Below, piece after piece: positions 61,367 through 64,000 of a DNA stretch of 64,000 bases. Source of the stretch: Diadema antillarum (lineage: Eukaryota); assembly GCF_040938485.1 (NCBI RefSeq), contig NW_027270890.1, positions 3,844,001-3,908,000 on the forward strand. Reading direction: 5' to 3'. Below the pieces are notes generated by a model that was not told where the DNA came from, searched no databases, and was given only the letters and a program-made list of their open reading frames with translations. The position numbers and the translations under genes were made by a program. How positions within the stretch are numbered: position 1 is the stretch's first letter; each line of letters starts with the position of its first letter.

Positions 61367-63348
61367 TGTGACCGTGCATCACAAAACGAACTAAAAGCCG
61401 CACACGCTGATTTTGTGTGAGGGCTAAAAGAAGGTGAAATGGGTCAACCTAGCCGATCTTGACTTTTTCATATTTTCTGAAAGAGCAAGTCTTCTTCTAC
61501 ATTATTTTATTTTTTAGCATTTTATCTTGGACATATTCTTGGTAGAATAGTGTGATTGGGTGTGTCTTTAGAGTCCCCTTTTCATTTCTTAAAAACCTTG
61601 GACACACTCTTCACTTTCAACTCTAATAACCTTTGAAAGGATAATGCTACTGCTTTGAAAGTTGGCATAAATTATGAAAAGAATGTGTATATAAGGCATG
61701 CTCAATTTGAATTTAATCTAATAGTCCCTTCATTGTTGTTACTCCGGTGGTTTACATCCTGTTTTTGTCCAATTCATCGCACAACCAGCAGGGCTCAGTA
61801 AAGATTTAACGCTTGAATAGACACTGTACTTCAGAGCCTCATTTCTAAGTTTACACTTTTCCTGAGTGTGTGCTTTCTTTCCAATATTGAGATAGGTTAG
61901 GAGAGTCCATTTGATTTGTGTTATACATCATTTTAAAGCTTAAGGTCTGCTCTTTCACTATATGCTCTTAACTAAGGCTACGGTCACAACTCAGAGCGGC
62001 GACCGACCGATTTGTAGCCTGCTCGGTCGCTGCTGAAATTTTGGCACCGCTCAGCAGTTTTTGGAAATGCTGAGCAGGCTGTAAAATCCTAGCGATGACC
62101 GAGGAGCGCCCTGTCGATTTCCCGTCGGTCACCGATCGATTTCAGTAAAATTTTGGCGAAATGTGGGGATCTGCAGCGAGCAGAGTCCGAGCAGTCACCG
62201 AGCGATGCCCCATCGGCAACTGGACGATCTCCCACCGACCACCGGCCGATTTTTACGAAATTGCTCAGCGACCGACGGGTGATCGATAGGTCATCTACCG
62301 GTGACCCGTACCGGCGGCCACCCGCCGGTCTCTGCCTGAAATTTCTCACGAGGTACCTGTCTTTATTAATGTTCCTATGTGATTTGTGATGTGTTAATTA
62401 ATTAATTAATTAATTAAGAGAAAACTTGAGGCAAAACATCTAATAGTTAAATTATCAACTAACAAAACGCCGCCATGTGATACCACAGATAACTAGAAAT
62501 TAGGAAATAAAACAAAAGGGAGGAACACCCAAGATGGAACAAAGATTAGAATAGATTTGAATTTTCCAAAATATCTGTGGTTGCTTCTTTATTTTACAGT
62601 ATTTTCTATTCCTATTTGATTTCATATTCCAATTTTCCCCATCTCTTGTTATTCATTTCTTCTTCGATCAATAGGCATTTAATGAATGATAAGGTAACCA
62701 AACCATATTTTACTACGTCAACATATCGACACTAACTTTTGCCCCAAAGTGGTTGCCTCTGACTTCCATGCCCCTCATGTTGGTTGTCGAGATGTTGAGA
62801 TGCTGATATGTTGGTGGGGTTTCCTTACCTCTTATCCCTCCCCCTGCTTCTTCCACATTGCGCTAGATTATCTTCTCCATCTAGGTCCTGATTTCCTTCA
62901 GGGCCTCTGTCATTTTTATCTTAACATTTTTAGTCCCCAAATTGCTCGACGGCGACCGCTCGATCTATTCTCTTGGTTTTCTTCTGTGCTGTTGTCATTT
63001 TTGTCTCTATTATTTTTGTTCCCTAAATCGCTCGGCAGCGACCGCTCGATTAGGTCAGTACCTGGGCGGTTCCTGCTCGGACACCGAGCGTATTTTGGGC
63101 AGCGAGTGAAAACTGGTCGGTCGCCGATGAAATTTTAACTCCGCGTTAAAACTTCAGCGGCGACCGACCGATGCCCTAAAAATCAGCGGCGCCTGGTCGG
63201 TCACTGGTCGGTCACCGGTGGTTCTCCGACCGGTTTTAGCTAAAAACTCGCCGACCGGTCGCCGAGCAGGCTGATTTTGGGGGTTGTGACCATAGCCTTA
63301 GATTTCAAGTCTGGCGACTTTCTGTTTGTTTTGTGGTGCCGGGTCACA
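61367..63348. mobile_element. TA-flanked TGTGACC-terminus MITE, copy 2 (inverted relative to 31987-33078), with a nested insertion
   Basis: TA|TGTGACCGTGCATC...GTGCCGGGTCACA|TA, with the internal sequence homologous to copy 1. Confidence 0.8.
61975..63298. mobile_element. 1.3-kb TIR element (AGGCTACGGTCACAAC termini) with GC-rich CGACCG/CGGTCG arms
   Basis: TA|AGGCTACGGTCACAAC...GTTGTGACCATAGCCT|TA. Copy 1 of the host MITE shows the empty site (about 32036-32045). Confidence 0.8.
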
Positions 63349-63830
63349 TATAATGGAGGGACTTTTGAAATCATCAAAACTTCAGCGGCGACCGACCGAT
63401 GCCCTAAAAGTCAGCGGCGCCTGGTCGGTCACTGGTCGGTCACCGGTGGTTCTCCGACCGGTTTTAGCTAAAAACTCGCCGACCGGTCGCCGAGCAGGCT
63501 GATTTTGGGGGTTGTGACCATAGCCTTAGATTTCAAGTCTGGCGACTTTCTGTTTGTTTTGTGGTGCCGGGTCACATATAATGGAGGGACTTTTGAAATC
63601 ATCAAAACTTCAGCGGCGACCGACCGATGCCCTAAAAATCAGCGGCGCCTGGTCGGTCACTGGTCGGTCACCGGTGGTTCTCCGACCGGTTTTAGCTAAA
63701 AACTCGCCGACCGGTCGCCGAGCAGGCTGATTTTGGGGGTTGTGACCATAGCCTTAGATTTCAAGTCTGGCGACTTTCTGTTTGTTTTGTGGTGCCGGGT
63801 CACATATAATGGAGGGACTTTTGAAATCAT
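63148..63830. repeat. Three tandem copies of a 228-bp unit
   Basis: Units start at 63148, 63376 and 63604 and differ by one base in copy 2 (AAAAGTCAG vs AAAAATCAG). Confidence 0.95.
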
Positions 63831-64000
63831 AAGACATGCAAATTAGATATTACAAAAAAATAAACGCGGAAAATCGCCGAAAACTGGTATTCTTGGTGTT
63901 TGGACATTTGCCTGTATTAGCACTTTTATTTTTACTGCACTGTTGAAATTGAATATCAACTGTCACTGTTTTCCTATTCTTGACCGTGAAAATGTACATT

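Noticed and set aside
62089-63699. Arg/Gly-rich ORFs in the CGACCG-rich region
   Set aside because: They are by-products of GC-rich MITE arms and the 228-bp tandem repeat.

Overview
This is AT-rich animal genomic DNA with spliceosomal introns. Repeat style, an aminergic-like orphan GPCR and an Ig/death-domain receptor suggest an echinoderm (inference). No prokaryotic genes, rRNA, true tRNA or CRISPR array were found. Two host genes can be reconstructed. (1) A 2-exon class A GPCR on + (25239-26123 joined to 31530-31826, 393 aa) with a muscarinic/histamine-H3-like scaffold but Arg instead of the amine-binding Asp at position 3.32. (2) A multi-exon minus-strand type I receptor (at least 59685 to about 48966) with architecture Ig-Ig-S/T stalk-TM-death domain-death domain; its 5' exons were not found. 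The rest is largely transposon-derived: an orphan LINE ORF1 fragment; a decayed Merlin/IS1595-family element with a passenger ORF and repeated, hairpin-forming terminal motifs; a decayed CR1/L2-like LINE plus fragments; a young (LTRs about 99.4% identical) internally deleted Ty3/Gypsy element that keeps an open integrase frame and an extra ORF in the env position; many nested MITEs; tRNA-derived SINE heads; and microsatellites. All protein assignments come from motif recognition by eye, without database searches.
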